Positions 39,978-51,492 of a DNA stretch of 64,000 bases are shown here, in pieces. The stretch's first letter is position 1. Each line of letters starts with the position of its first letter. A model generated the notes under the pieces. It was not told the origin of the DNA. It did not search any database and saw only the letters and a program-made list of their open reading frames with translations. This DNA is from Rhabdochlamydiaceae bacterium (GTDB taxonomy: Bacteria; Chlamydiota; Chlamydiia; Chlamydiales; Rhabdochlamydiaceae), in the NCBI GenBank assembly GCA_047459655.1, contig JAJREF010000001.1, positions 688,626 through 752,625 of the forward strand. Reading direction: 5' to 3'. Both the position numbers and the translations under genes were made by a program.

Positions 39978-42801
39978 CTACTCTCCTAGCTCACCAAGCA
40001 AATATAAATCGCCATCGTCTTGCCATTGGAAGCCGTTAATACGAGCTCGAAATGTTAGAGCTAACTGGTATAAAATCTTCTCTTCTTCTGTTTCATAATG
40101 AAATAGAATTATTTGATTGTTCGACAAACGCCCAACTACTACACCTGGTTCATTGATAGGAAAGTATAGCAATTCGGCATCAACAATTTGATCTTTTCTC
40201 CAGCGTAGACAATTTAAAATAGCCTGCCCATTTGATACCGTCTCACCCCAGAAGTAACCCCTGCCTTCGTTCCCAATAGCGCCTTCTTTTGTATGGAGCA
40301 ACACTATTTCCCCGCTTGGCAAAAAACCATAAGGCTGGCCAGAATTGCTGAATCCTACGATTATAAAAGCCAACTCCTGGTTGACCTCAATAATAGTTCG
40401 TAAAGGGAGCTCGGGAGAAGAACAGCTTAAGTGAAGTATTCCATTCTCAACGGTTTTTCTAACTATTTCAGCCTCAACTGTATTGCCACTTTCAATTAAT
40501 CTTCTAGCGGCAGTTGGTTGTACCCCATAAAACTCAACAACAGTTCCATCATCCATTGTGGCTATGGCTGTAAATTGGACATCGTCAAAGTCTGTGACGG
40601 TAATTTGAATGGTCTGTCCAGGCACATAATTAACGATTGTTACATCCGCCGCCCCGAAATCTCCTATCGTAACAGAAAGCTCGTCTTCAGCTGATGCTGC
40701 CCCACGACAAACTGCACAGTTAGGCAATATCTCTTGATCAACACAGGCTTTATAGTTAACAAAGATGTTCTGTGAATTAACAGGTTCAAAAAGTGGGTCT
40801 GTAAATTAACAAGTTTAAGTGCTGCCATTTTTTCATTAAAAACTGTGGTTAAGCAAGGCTCGCAAAATAAGTGGGTAGCTTTACATATAGAATACAACAC
40901 TTCTGAAGATTCAAAACAAATAGGACATTCTTCCTCACTCAATGTAGGCTTAAAAGTAGCATGATATTTCATTTGTATGCGCCAGGGCAACGAGGATAGC
41001 TCAACCACCCGTTCAAAAATTATTCTTTTCGGGTTAGGGAGGAGGGCATCCGAAGAGCATTCTAAATGAAGAAAGCCATTTTCTACATGCTTTGAAATAA
41101 TCTGAGCTTCAATCGTTCTTCCTTTTAACGTTTTTGCAAGCTCTAAAAATGCTCTGGTAAAGCGAATGATTGTTCCATCTGGACAAGACCCGTAAACAAC
41201 CTTTGCTATTTCATCAACCCTTTCAATTTTTACTTCCAAATCGCCTGAGACTTCATAATCTATCCATGAGACTTCAGCAAGGCACCATCCCCATTGATCA
41301 TCCTTAACCCAAACTAATAATTGATCACAGAAAGGGCGAGAATCCTTCTCCGCATAAACTTCATACCTTGCCCCTACTTCTTTTCCCCTTACAGTAAGAG
41401 GAACTCTTCTTACTTGATTGACAAGACGAAAACCTTTAAAGCCCTCTTCAGAATCAACCTCTCCAATAAAAACATCGCCTTCAATTTTGACAGACACACC
41501 CCCATGTTCCATTGAGCGCGCCATCAATCCTTTCCCCTCTTTTAGACGCCCTTGCAAAGAACAGACTAAGTATAAGTTATTATCTCGAGTAAATTTTGAA
41601 ATAATTTGAGCCCCGACCTCTGCCTGCTCCAATCTTTGAGCTTTTTCAGGATGTATATTAGGAAAATGGACAATCGTTCCATCCTGTAATTTTCCATGCA
41701 ATGTTTGTGTTGTGTGATTAAACCCTTCAACAAAAACTGAAATTTCTTTTCCGGAAGAGTAATCAAGTGGAATCAATTTTAATTTTTTTCCATCCAATGA
41801 AACAGAAAGCTCTCTCTCCACTACTTGCCCACCTTCTTGGAGTTCTTGGAGGAGATCTTTTTCAGCATATACAGGGTCAGCTTTAACTGAGTTGATAATC
41901 TCAAAAGCTTCGATGGCTCTTAGAAAAGACTCCAGCTGCGCACGCACACCTTCTTTTCCCTTTGTTCCAATAAAAGATGTGGCATTCCACCTAAAATCCA
42001 CGTTCCCCTGTCTAGAAAATTTGCTAAACCGCCAGTCGACCGACATCCACCGCGGGTAAGCAACTACATGATATAGCGTATACAAATTGAGAACAGAAAG
42101 AGCTGTAAAAGCAATATGCGACTTAGAAAAAATTGCAAGAGAAACATAAACTATTTGCTGAGAAACTAAAATCAATAAAGTACCTAAAGGCAGTGGTCTG
42201 TAAGAAAAATCCAAGCTTTTCTCTCTAAGCTTTCTTTGTAGATCTCCATCTAAATCCTTTAATTGCCACTGATTAAGATTAGTTAGTTTTCTGATTCCGT
42301 GCATCATCAGGCAATCAATAAAAATAAAAAAAGAGCAGAAAGAGCAGCATAGGATACCCAAACAATAGTCAACAGCATATTAGCTAGAAGAAATTTCTTA
42401 TTTTTAGCCCACATGATTTCTTTTGAAATCTTCATGATCGCTGCTTGCCCAACCCTGATAAGCAGTAGAAGAGAAATCTGCGATCCTGTAAAAAGACGAT
42501 CTGCCATCAACGTAAGAACAGAAAAGCGGCAACTTAAGACAACTAGCTCATCAGCTCGCTTAGATAAATTCAGGTTATTTCTAGAAACATACTGAAAAAC
42601 GGCATCGGCAGCCGTCATTACTCCAGCCATAGATTGCAAAGAAATAAAGCCAACGGATTGAACCCCAGCAGCTATTAAAGCTGGGTTATATAAGATTTCT
42701 TTGATACGCGCTTGGTTAGGAAGAGCCCGACAAACGGCATCTACATAACCACTTCCGTTCAATTGCTGTATGAGAGAATTCATACTGGATACAAACATCA
42801 A
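39978..42801 (-). CDS. large membrane protein with RING finger and three internal repeats, in three ORF fragments
   Basis: CPIC...CKATHLFCEPC at the end of 40664..42361 is completed by CAVCR at the start of 39978..40727; 42307..42801 overlaps upstream. Confidence 0.7.
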
Positions 42802-42873
42802 ACCTCTGTTTTTCTTCCGGTGGATTTTAACTAATTATTAATTAGATATCAAAAAGATTTCAGGCAAAAAGAA

Positions 42874-42961
42874 CGGAGGAGGTGGGATTCGAACCCACGA
42901 TACGTTTATCACGTATACACGCTTTCCAAGCGGGCTCCATCGGCCACTCGGACACTCCTCC
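42874..42961 (-). tRNA. tRNA-Ser(GGA)
   Basis: GGAGGAG/CTCCTCC acceptor, TTGGAAA loop, long variable arm, G discriminator. Confidence 0.93.
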
Positions 42962-43072
42962 ATAAAGAAGAGCAAGAGCTTATCCGAAGTAGTTATTAAC
43001 CAGCAAGGGTAGTATTTTCAGCAAAAAAGCCTTGCTGAAAAGAACTCAAAACGTGATCATATAAACCTGCAT

Positions 43073-43927
43073 ATGAAAAAATTTTTTTATTTAGCTTCTC
43101 TTCTACTCTTTTTCCTGCGAGCAAGGTCAAAAGCAGCCACGCCATTCTGTCCTTGTTACGCTACCCCCTTATGCCTATTTTGTTGAAAAAATAGCTGGCT
43201 CAGTGGTCGATGTAGAAATTTTGGTCCCCCCTGGAACTAACCCTCACGTGTATGAGCCAAACCCTAGACAAGTGGAACATCTTTTGGATGTTACCGTATG
43301 GTTTCAGATAGGAGAAGGGATGGAGGGAAAACTAATGAATGTCCTCCAGCAGCATAATCCCCACATCCTTGCTGTTGATCTATCTGAAGGAATCCCCCTC
43401 ATTGAGGAACACTCTTGTCACGATCACGTCCATAGCGATGAAGGAAAAGATAGACATATCTGGCTCAGTCCAAGGCTAGCGGAAGTCCAAGCACGCACCA
43501 TTGCCAAAGCTCTGGTTGCTACCTACCCCGAGCATCAAGAGCAGTTTGTGATGGGACTAAACGAGTTGATAAATGAGCTACAAACACTCGATGCCCAAAT
43601 AGCGCAAAAGCTAGAACCCTTTAAGGGACAAGCAATTTTAGTCTCTCATCCTGCGTTCGGATATTTTTGCCAAGAGTTTGGCCTCAAGCAGATCTCCATT
43701 GAGAGTGAAGGGAAAGATCCTCTTCCTAGGCATATTGAACACATTTTACAAGAGGCAATAGCTCTGGGTGTAAGAGACGTCTTTACACAAGTCCAATACA
43801 ACAATAAAGCGGCTCTCTTATTGGGGAAACAATTGGAGATTCCCGTCCATGATGTCGATCCTTATGCCCCTGACTATATTCCTAATTTACTCCACATCAC
43901 TCAGCTGATTTCTCATGAAAAAAATGA
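43073..43927 (+). CDS. znuA: Zn/Mn ABC transporter substrate-binding protein, frameshifted leader
   Basis: PHVYEP, His-rich loop, HIWLSP, HPAFGYF. Confidence 0.88.
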
Positions 43928-44630
43928 AGCCATCCTACTACAGAACGTTGATTTTTCCTATGATAATACTCAGATTTTAGAGAAGGTTAATTTATCCATC
44001 TCTATAGGAGAACTCATCGGGATTTTTGGGCCCAATGGAGGAGGAAAGACCACTTTTTTAAAACTCTTGATGGGCTTTTTAAAACCTTCCCAGGGCTCGA
44101 TTGAAATTTTAGGAAAATCCCCTAAAGAAGCACGCAGAGATATCGGATACGTTCCACAGTCTACTCACATAGATAAGCAATTTCCTATTTCCGTCTTAGA
44201 AGTTGTCCTAGGGGGAGCTCTCTCTCTTATCCCCACTTGGGTTCTACCCGAAAAAAGTGAAAGAGCAAGCAGAAGAAGCCCTTGTAAAAGTGGGACTGAT
44301 CGATTACAAGCATCGACCTTTTGGCACTCTTTCTGGGGGCAAGCCCAAAGGGTTTTGATTGCCAGGTCTATCATCTCTAGACCAAAGATTCTTTTGCTAG
44401 ATGAGCCTACCGCTAGCATCGATCCTGAAGCTGAACAAGAAATCTATGATCTAATCCTACAGCTCAAACAATCAATGACAATTCTTATGGTCACGCATGA
44501 TCTGCAGATCGTGGTGAATATGGTAGAGCGCCTTCTATCCATTAAAAGAACCGTCTCATCTTGCGCTCCAGAAGATGTCTGCGGACATTTTGCCATGGGA
44601 CTTTATCACACACCCATCAAGAAGGTCTAA
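43915..44630 (+). CDS. znuC: metal ABC transporter ATPase with compensating frameshifts
   Basis: GPNGGGKTT, GYVPQ, LLDEP, VTHDL; LSGGQ signature sits in a shifted frame. Confidence 0.88.
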
Positions 44631-44631
44631 G

Positions 44632-45463
44632 ATGTTAACATCCTTTTTTAGCCACCCGTTCCTTCTCCTTGCCTTATTTGCAGGTTTGGCAGCTTCCGTT
44701 ACATCGGGCATCATTGGCTCCTATGTGGTGGTCAAAAGGATTGTCTTCATCAGTGGCAGCATCGCTCACTCTGTCCTAGGAGGGATGGGCCTTTCTATTT
44801 GGCTTAAAAGAACATATGGGATTATGTGGCTCTCTCCTCTGGGAGGAGCCCTGCTAGCCGCGCTTGTTTCTGCTATTTTGATTGGATGGATCCACTTGAA
44901 ATATAGACAAAGGGAAGATACGGTCATTGCGGCGATTTGGTCGACAGGGATGGCTATCGGGGTGATCTTCACAACTCTTACGCCGGGCTATAGCGTTGAG
45001 CTCATGAATTTTCTCTTTGGCAACATCCTTTGGATTACCTCGAGTGATCTTAAAATGCTGCTTTGCTTAGATGGTATTGTTTTGATCGTTACCCTTCTAT
45101 TTCATCAAAAATTTTTAGCCCTCTGCTTTGATGAAGAGCAAGCCTCTCTCCAAGGTATATCTGTACCCCTTTACTACCTCTTATTGCTCAGTCTAGTAGG
45201 AATATCCGTTGTAATTTTGATTCAGCTTGTTGGAGCAGTGCTTGTGATTACAATGCTGACTATTCCCCCTGCGATTGGAGGAAGGCTGACACACCTTCTG
45301 GGCAGGATGATGCTAATTGCTATCTTACTCGGCAGCGTATTTACATTTCTTGGACTGCTAGCATCCTGACCAGCTCAATTGGCCACCGGGAGCAACAATT
45401 GCCCTCGTGTCAGCCCTATTTTATCTATTGAGCTTAGTCATACCGCGTAAAATTAAGACATAG
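44632..45463 (+). CDS. znuB: metal ABC transporter permease, +1 indel at 45368
   Basis: SIAHSVLGG, FLFGNIL, FDEEQA; corrected end SYQLNWPPGATIAL. Confidence 0.9.
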
Positions 45464-45512
45464 ACCTCCTAGGCGCTCTTTGATGAGACATAGGAGGATC
45501 TAAAAATTTTTA

Positions 45513-45628
45513 TTATAGAGCGCAGTAGCGGTCTATGAATGCGCGCCAGTTACCCCATTTTTTAGAAAAAGGTTTTTCTTGTTTCATGGGTTTTTTCATA
45601 TTTTTAGCTTGTTTTTGATTCTTTTCAC
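45513..45628 (-). CDS. candidate small basic protein (38 aa after one homopolymer correction)
   Basis: AAGGGAGGG RBS + GTG; MKRIKNKLK(N)MKKPMKQEKPFSKKWGNWRAFIDRYCAL. Confidence 0.4.
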
Positions 45629-45647
45629 AATTCCCTCCCCTTGGGTA

Positions 45648-45788
45648 TTAACTATATGTTACTTTGTTCTCCAGACTGAACCCGGAGTTATTAGTAAACT
45701 CTTTATTTTGTTCTTTGAGCGAAAGCTTATGTTTCTTATGGGTCTTTAAAGTAATTTTTGAAGCCTTTCGTTTCCCGACACGCTTCAT
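45648..45788 (-). CDS. candidate small basic protein (46 aa)
   Basis: AAAGGAGGGG RBS + ATG; MKRVGKRKASKITLKTHKKHKLSLKEQNKEFTNNSGFSLENKVTYS. Confidence 0.55.
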   Translation of the reverse strand: MKRVGKRKASKITLKTHKKHKLSLKEQNKEFTNNSGFSLENKVTYS

Positions 45789-45914
45789 AACGACCCCTCC
45801 TTTTAAGATCCAACTCTATAACTTGATGTTAAAACATTTTTTTATTTTTTGCAATTGAATAGAATAAGCTATTTGTTTATGATGCCTCTTAGATTTATTA
45901 TTTTTGGGGTTAAA

Positions 45915-46228
45915 ATGTACGCAATTATTGAAAACGGCGAGAAGCAATACCGGGTTGAAAAAGACGATGTGATTGATGTTGAGCTAATTGATGCAAAAGA
46001 TGATGGACAAGTTGAGTTCAAAAACGTCCTCTTTATCGGCGGCGGATCTGCTATTAAAGTAGGCGCTCCTTATATTAAACAATCGATGGTAAAGGGAGAG
46101 CTCTTAGGCACAGTCAAAGGACCTAAAGTCATCGCATTCAAGTACAAACGAAGAAAAGGTAGCACTCGTAAAAAGTGGGACACCGTCAGAAGTATTCCCG
46201 TGTTAAAATCACTGAAATTATAGGATAA
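45915..46228 (+). CDS. rplU: 50S ribosomal protein L21, frameshift near 46170
   Basis: [25 protein letters not shown] in the shifted frame. Confidence 0.95.
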
Positions 46229-46233
46229 CTCAT

Positions 46234-46485
46234 ATGGCACATAAGAAAGGTCAGGGTTCTACACGCAACGGTAGAGATTCTCATTCACAACGCCTCGGCA
46301 TCAAAGCAACAGGTGGACAATTCGTCTCAACTGGAAGCATCATCGTCCGTCAGCGCGGAACGAAATGGTATCCAGCTAAGAATGTAGGTGTTGGTAAAGA
46401 CCACACTCTATATGCCGAGATCGATGGGGTTGTCACATTCCGTAAGGGAGCAAAAACGTTTGTTTCTGTTCTTCCTGCGAACTAA
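46234..46485 (+). CDS. rpmA: 50S ribosomal protein L27
   Basis: [24 protein letters not shown]. Confidence 0.98.
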   Translation: MAHKKGQGSTRNGRDSHSQRLGIKATGGQFVSTGSIIVRQRGTKWYPAKNVGVGKDHTLYAEIDGVVTFRKGAKTFVSVLPAN

Positions 46486-46499
46486 ACTAACCACTCTAT

Positions 46500-47504
46500 A
46501 TGTTTGTTGACAAAGTGACATTGACTCTCAGAGCTGGTTCAGGTGGCGATGGAGTCGTTGCATGGCGTCGAGAAAAATTCATTCCGAAAGGAGGCCCTGC
46601 AGGCGGCGATGGAGGAAAAGGTGGAACCATCACACTCCAAGCAGATCCTCAGGTTGTTTCCCTAGAAGATTTCCGCAATAGGCGCATCATTGCAGCGCGC
46701 AATGGAATGCCTGGCAGTTCAAGCACAAAAAGGAAAAGACGGAGAGGATCTTATCCTCAAAGTTCCTTGCGGCACATTTGTAAAAGATGTGCTCACAGGA
46801 GAAATCATTTTTGATCTCACCACTCCCTCTCAACTCTTCTTATCTGCAAAGGTGGAAAAGGTGGCAGAGGCAATTTTCACTTCAGATCTCCTACCCACCA
46901 AGCTCCGAACATCTGTGAAGAAGGCGTCCCTGGCGAGTCTAAAGAAATCGAACTAGAGCTCAAGCTCATTGCTGATGTCGGACTCATTGGCATACCCAAT
47001 GCCGGCAAATCCTCTCTCATGTCTCAATTAACTCCTCTAGAAGTCAAAATTGGCGCCTACCCCTTTACCACTCTTTTCCCCAACCTCAGCTATATCCAAT
47101 TTGAAGATCAGTCTCGCATTCTCGTTGCCGACATTCCTGGCATCATCGAAGGAGCTCATGAAGATAGAGGACTCGGCCTTGCCTTTCTAAAACACATTGA
47201 GAGAACCTCTGTACTTGTCTACGTGATCGATATCTCCGGCATTGAAGAAAGAGATCCCCTGAGGAGACTTCGAGATCTTACGCAATGAACTCGCTGCCTA
47301 TGACCCTGCTCTCATGGATAAACCATCGATCATCGTCTTGAACAAGATCGATGTAGAGGGAGCACAAGCCCACACCAAGCGCTTCCGCAAGAAGTTTTCC
47401 TCTTATCCCATCTTTGAAATCTCAGCCCTAGAAAAAGGGGCCTAAAGCCCCTCGTAGAAAAACTCCGCTCCGTTGTCGCGCAGGAAAAGACCTCAATGAG
47501 TTAA
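46500..47504 (+). CDS. obgE: GTPase ObgE, several frameshifts
   Basis: [44 protein letters not shown]. Confidence 0.93.
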
Positions 47505-47540
47505 CCCATAGCCAGTAGAATTGAGCATAAACGCCTTTAG

Positions 47541-47620
47541 GAAACCTCTAGACAATTCATTTTCCAAATCTTGCTGATCAATTTTTGTGAATACTAGGTT
47601 TTTTGAACTCTCTAACATTA
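47541..47620. mobile_element. half copy (right-arm type) of the palindromic MITE
   Basis: TTAG+GAAACCTCTAGACAATTCATTT...GAATACTAGG...CTCTCTAACATT, ending at the central hairpin. Confidence 0.8.
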
Positions 47621-47986
47621 CACGAATCTAATTCCTATAGAATGTGTTTGTGAAAATATCCCGTTCAATACCGCTTCAGCAGAAGTAGCTTCCGCTTCCC
47701 TTGCTTGGCTTTCTTTAACGGATTCCCGGAAGTGTGATATAACTCGATAAGATGGCCATGCACCTTCTTGATTAGGGTTGATCTTATCTGAAGCAACCTT
47801 CGAGATGAGCAACCAAATTTCTTTACACTCAATAAAATTAATGGCACTCCTACCACCTTCTAAAACAACAGTAACCTGATGTCTACAAGAAGATTGTGGA
47901 CACTTGCGGTGAATAACAATAGATTTAACATGGTCTAGCCCAATAGGATCCACAAAAACTCCAATAAATTTACCACCAACATTCAC
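47618..47986 (-). CDS. hypothetical protein between two MITE ends
   Basis: 122-aa ORF whose stop coincides with the inner edge of the MITE half. Confidence 0.5.
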   Translation of the reverse strand: MNVGGKFIGVFVDPIGLDHVKSIVIHRKCPQSSCRHQVTVVLEGGRSAINFIECKEIWLLISKVASDKINPNQEGAWPSYRVISHFRESVKESQAREAEATSAEAVLNGIFSQTHSIGIRFV

Positions 47987-48119
47987 ATACGAACAACCCT
48001 GTAGTTGTTTGCAAAAAGACCCCTTTCGAAAGAGGTCTAAAGTTGATTCCGCGGAATCTTACTACTTAGAAGATATTAAAAAAGGAAAAATCACCCGATC
48101 TTAGCAACAAATAGAAATG

Positions 48120-48181
48120 TCTAGTTGTTGCGCAAGAAAAGGGAAAGGATCGATTTGGCAAATGAATTGTCCAGAGGTTCC
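48120..48181. mobile_element. degenerate MITE terminus
   Basis: GATTTGGCAAATGAATTGTCCAGAGGTTCC, inverted relative to 47541. Confidence 0.75.
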
Positions 48182-48302
48182 ATAAGCGCCCTGATTCAGA
48201 AAAGTGGCCATGGCCTTATTTGCTGCATTAAAGCTGCCCTCTCTCCACCTTTTATTATTATACCAAAAGCTAAGGGCAAAGATTGTTATTAAACGAATAA
48301 AT

Positions 48303-48375
<73 letters not shown>

Positions 48376-48506
48376 ATTAAACATTTACTAGAAATGTGAC
48401 CACCTAACATAGAGGCTCATCTTTTTTTTGGCAATAGACAACATTCAAATAGGTTGCTATTCTTGCCTATTTATAATAGATCTCTGGATAATTAAGGTTC
48501 TGTTGA

Positions 48507-49547
48507 TTGAGCACCCCACAACCTAAAAATATTATTGTTCGGATGCCTAACTGGATCGGTGATCTTGTGATGGCAACCCCTATTTTAACCGACCTTCGGA
48601 AAGCTTTTCCTGAGGCCCATATCACGGCTATGTGCAGGGCCCCGATTGCAGAGCTTTTAGAAGAGGACTATGATATCAACGAATTATTTACCTTTCATAA
48701 GATCAATGGGCTGGGGCACAGGGCTCAAAAAAGAGATATCGTCCAAAAAATCCGTCAAGGCAAGTACGATTTAGGTATTCTTTTAACCAATTCTTTTTCC
48801 TCTGCATGGTGGTTTTGGCAAGGAAAAGTTAATCGCATCGTTGGGTATAAAGGGCAGTTACGCTCTCTTTTTTGACAGATAGAGTCTCCCTACCAAAAGC
48901 CCTTGAAACCCAACACCTGGTTGTTTCCTATAAAATGCTTTTAAAGCCTTTGGGCATCCCTGTATCTGAAAGCGCCCCCCGCCTCTACTTAATGGAAAGA
49001 GGTGAGCGAAGCACGGGCCTTGCTGACCCGTATGGGCGTAGATAAAAATCATGTCATCGTTGGGATCAACCCAGGAGCTGCTTATGGATCCGCCAAGTGT
49101 TGGTTGCCTGAGAGGTTCCGAGCAGTCACCGAAAAGCTCCTCAAAAATAAATCAATAACAGTGATTTACTTTGGAGACCCTAATACAGCGCCGCTGATTA
49201 AACAGATTTGTGAAAACCTTCCTTCTCGTGTGATCAATCTGGCAGGACTCACCTCTATCCGGCAGCTCGCCTGTCTCATCAAATTATGCGATGTCCTGCT
49301 AACCAACGATAGTGGCCCGATGCACATGGCAGCAGCTATAGGGACACCTCTTGTTGCTCTATTTGGATCCACGAATGACGTCACGACAGGGCCCTATAAA
49401 GGAGGTACTGTTATCCATAAACACGTCGATTGCTCTCCTTGTTACAAACGCATTTGCCCTCTTGATTTTCGGTGCATGAAAAGAATAGAGGTGCAAGAAG
49501 TGATTGAGAAGGTCTTACAAAATCTCCCTACACATAGCAGTTTATGA
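48507..49547 (+). CDS. waaF: LPS heptosyltransferase II, frameshift near 48870
   Basis: PNWIGDLVMA, PGAAYGSAKCW, NDSGPMH, LFGST. Confidence 0.9.
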
Positions 49548-50410
49548 ACTTAAAACAACTGTGGCGTAGATTTGCTCCCAATCCTCTTGATCGAAAGCTT
49601 AAGAAAGCAGCTCGGCGTGGACAAAAAAAGATCTTAATTCCCTGGAATAGAGGCCTTGGAGATATCCCACTGGGACTCTATGCTATTGTAGCACGTATCC
49701 GGGAATTTATCCCTGATGCCGATATTACGTTTATGACAAGATCTGATCTAGCCGATGGCTTTTCTCTATTGGAAAACGTAGAGACAAAAGTGCAACCTGA
49801 ATGGAAGCGAAAAACACCCTATACCCTTCCTTCTGATCTCTCTTCCTACGACTACATCCTTGAAAACCCCGATCCCACATACTGGGTTTCCTGGCAGCTG
49901 GGGAAGTTAGTGCCCAAGCTCAAGTGGAATGCTGCATGGGATGCTCTCCATGAGAAATTCGATCTCCCTGAAAGATGCCTTGGCGTCCATGTAAATTCAG
50001 AGACAAGCTATGGGTATGAAAAAAATTGGCCCGCTCATAAATTCGAAGAGCTTTTTTCCTCGGTCTCTTCTCCTATTTTACTGTTTGGACTGCACAAAAC
50101 ACACATCTTTACTCACCCTAACATCATTGACTTAAGAGGAGAGATGACTTTACCTGAGCTCCTATCTATTATTAAAAATAGATGCTCTACCCTTTTAACG
50201 CCCGATTCAGGCATTCTCAGTTTGATTTACTACCTTAATCTTCCCTTTCCTCTTCGTATCATTTCTCTTTGGGCAGACCCCAACCAAGGGATTCTTAAAC
50301 AAAATGTCCCCTCTCCTGAACCCTCTTCTGCAACACACACCTATTGTTAGCTTAGACCCCAAAACAGCAGCTGTAATTCCTTTAGATGTTGTAAAAAAGG
50401 CCCTAAAAAT
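49544..50410 (+). CDS. GT9-like glycosyltransferase, +1 indel at 50318; end approximate
   Basis: RGLGDI, KNWP, DLRG, PDSG. Confidence 0.75.
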
Positions 50411-51492
50411 CCTAGAGCCTCTCCCTTCTTATGACAGATCGGGTAATCGAGGCAACTTGGCACAAGGAAAGAAACTCCTTTCACAAGGGAAAATCGGCTG
50501 TTTAATTTTAGCAGGAGGGCAAGGGACAAGGCTCTCTTCTAAAACAGCCAAGGCCTTAACACCTGTTACGCTTGTGACACATAAAAGTCTTTTGCAACTG
50601 TTTTGCGAAAAACACTCGCTGCCTCACGAGAAAGCAATCGCCCCTTCCTCTTGCCATCATGACCTCGCCTCTCAATCACCAAGAGATCAAAACTTTCTTA
50701 GAAGAGAACCGTTTTTTTGGACTAGACACTTCCCAAGTCTCTCTTTTCCCCCAAGAAATGCTCCCCTTGCTGGATGACCAAGGTCATGAAGTATCCTATG
50801 GGCCTGATGGAAATGGCCACAGCTTAAAACTCTTTGTACAATCTGGCATCTATCAAAAATGGAAAGAGCAAGGCGTTACCTATCTTAACATGATCCCCAT
50901 CGACAATCCTCTTGCAGACCCGTTCGATGCAGAACTCTTAGGATCCCATGCTCTATCTCATGCCGACATCTGCATTAAAGCAATGGCAAGAGAAAGCTCT
51001 CACGAGCAGGTCGGTATTCTTGGCATGTGCAACGGTAAAGTTGCAATCCAAGAATACTCTGAAATGCCTAAAGACTCTTCTGCTTTTATGATCGGCAACA
51101 CAGGGCTTTTCTCTTTTGCCTTTCCCTTCATTGAAAAAATTGCTCCTATTACACTCCCTTTACATGGAGCGCGCAAAAAATTAGGAAGCACTTTCATCTG
51201 GAAGTGTGAGCGCTTTATCTTTGATCTCTTTCCGTACGCCAATAAAATGACCGTGCTTGTGTATCCGCGCGCAGACATCTATGCGCCCATCAAAAACGCC
51301 TCCGGCACTAAAAGCCTCAAAACAGCGCAAGAGGCGCTCCTTGCGTTTGATCAACGAACGTATGAAAAGATTTCTGGTCTCAAAGTTCCTGACAGGACCT
51401 TTGAACTCTCCCCTGCTTTCTACTACCCCACAAACGAGCTCTTAGAAAAATGGAGAGGAAAAGAGCTTCCTTCTAAAGATTATATCGATTGA
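50410..51492 (+). CDS. eukaryote-type UDP-sugar pyrophosphorylase (UDPGP/UAP family), frameshift near 50610; start approximate
   Basis: LAGGQGTRL, MTSPLNH, PDGNG, DNPL, QEYSE, KCERFIFD, PIKN. Confidence 0.87.

Noticed and set aside
42915..42940. C-U mismatch in the tRNA-Ser anticodon stem as a sign of inactivity
   Set aside because: Present in both copies with the rest of the cloverleaf intact; not enough to call the gene non-functional
43203..44630. ZnuA-ZnuC fusion protein in the ORF track
   Set aside because: The junction CATGAAAAAAATGAAG gives the usual overlapping stop and start if one A is added; fusing a periplasmic domain to a cytoplasmic ATPase is implausible
47541..47986. Integron cassette with attC
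   Set aside because: No GTTRRRY/RYYYAAC cores and no intI; the repeat has TIRs and TTAA duplication elsewhere
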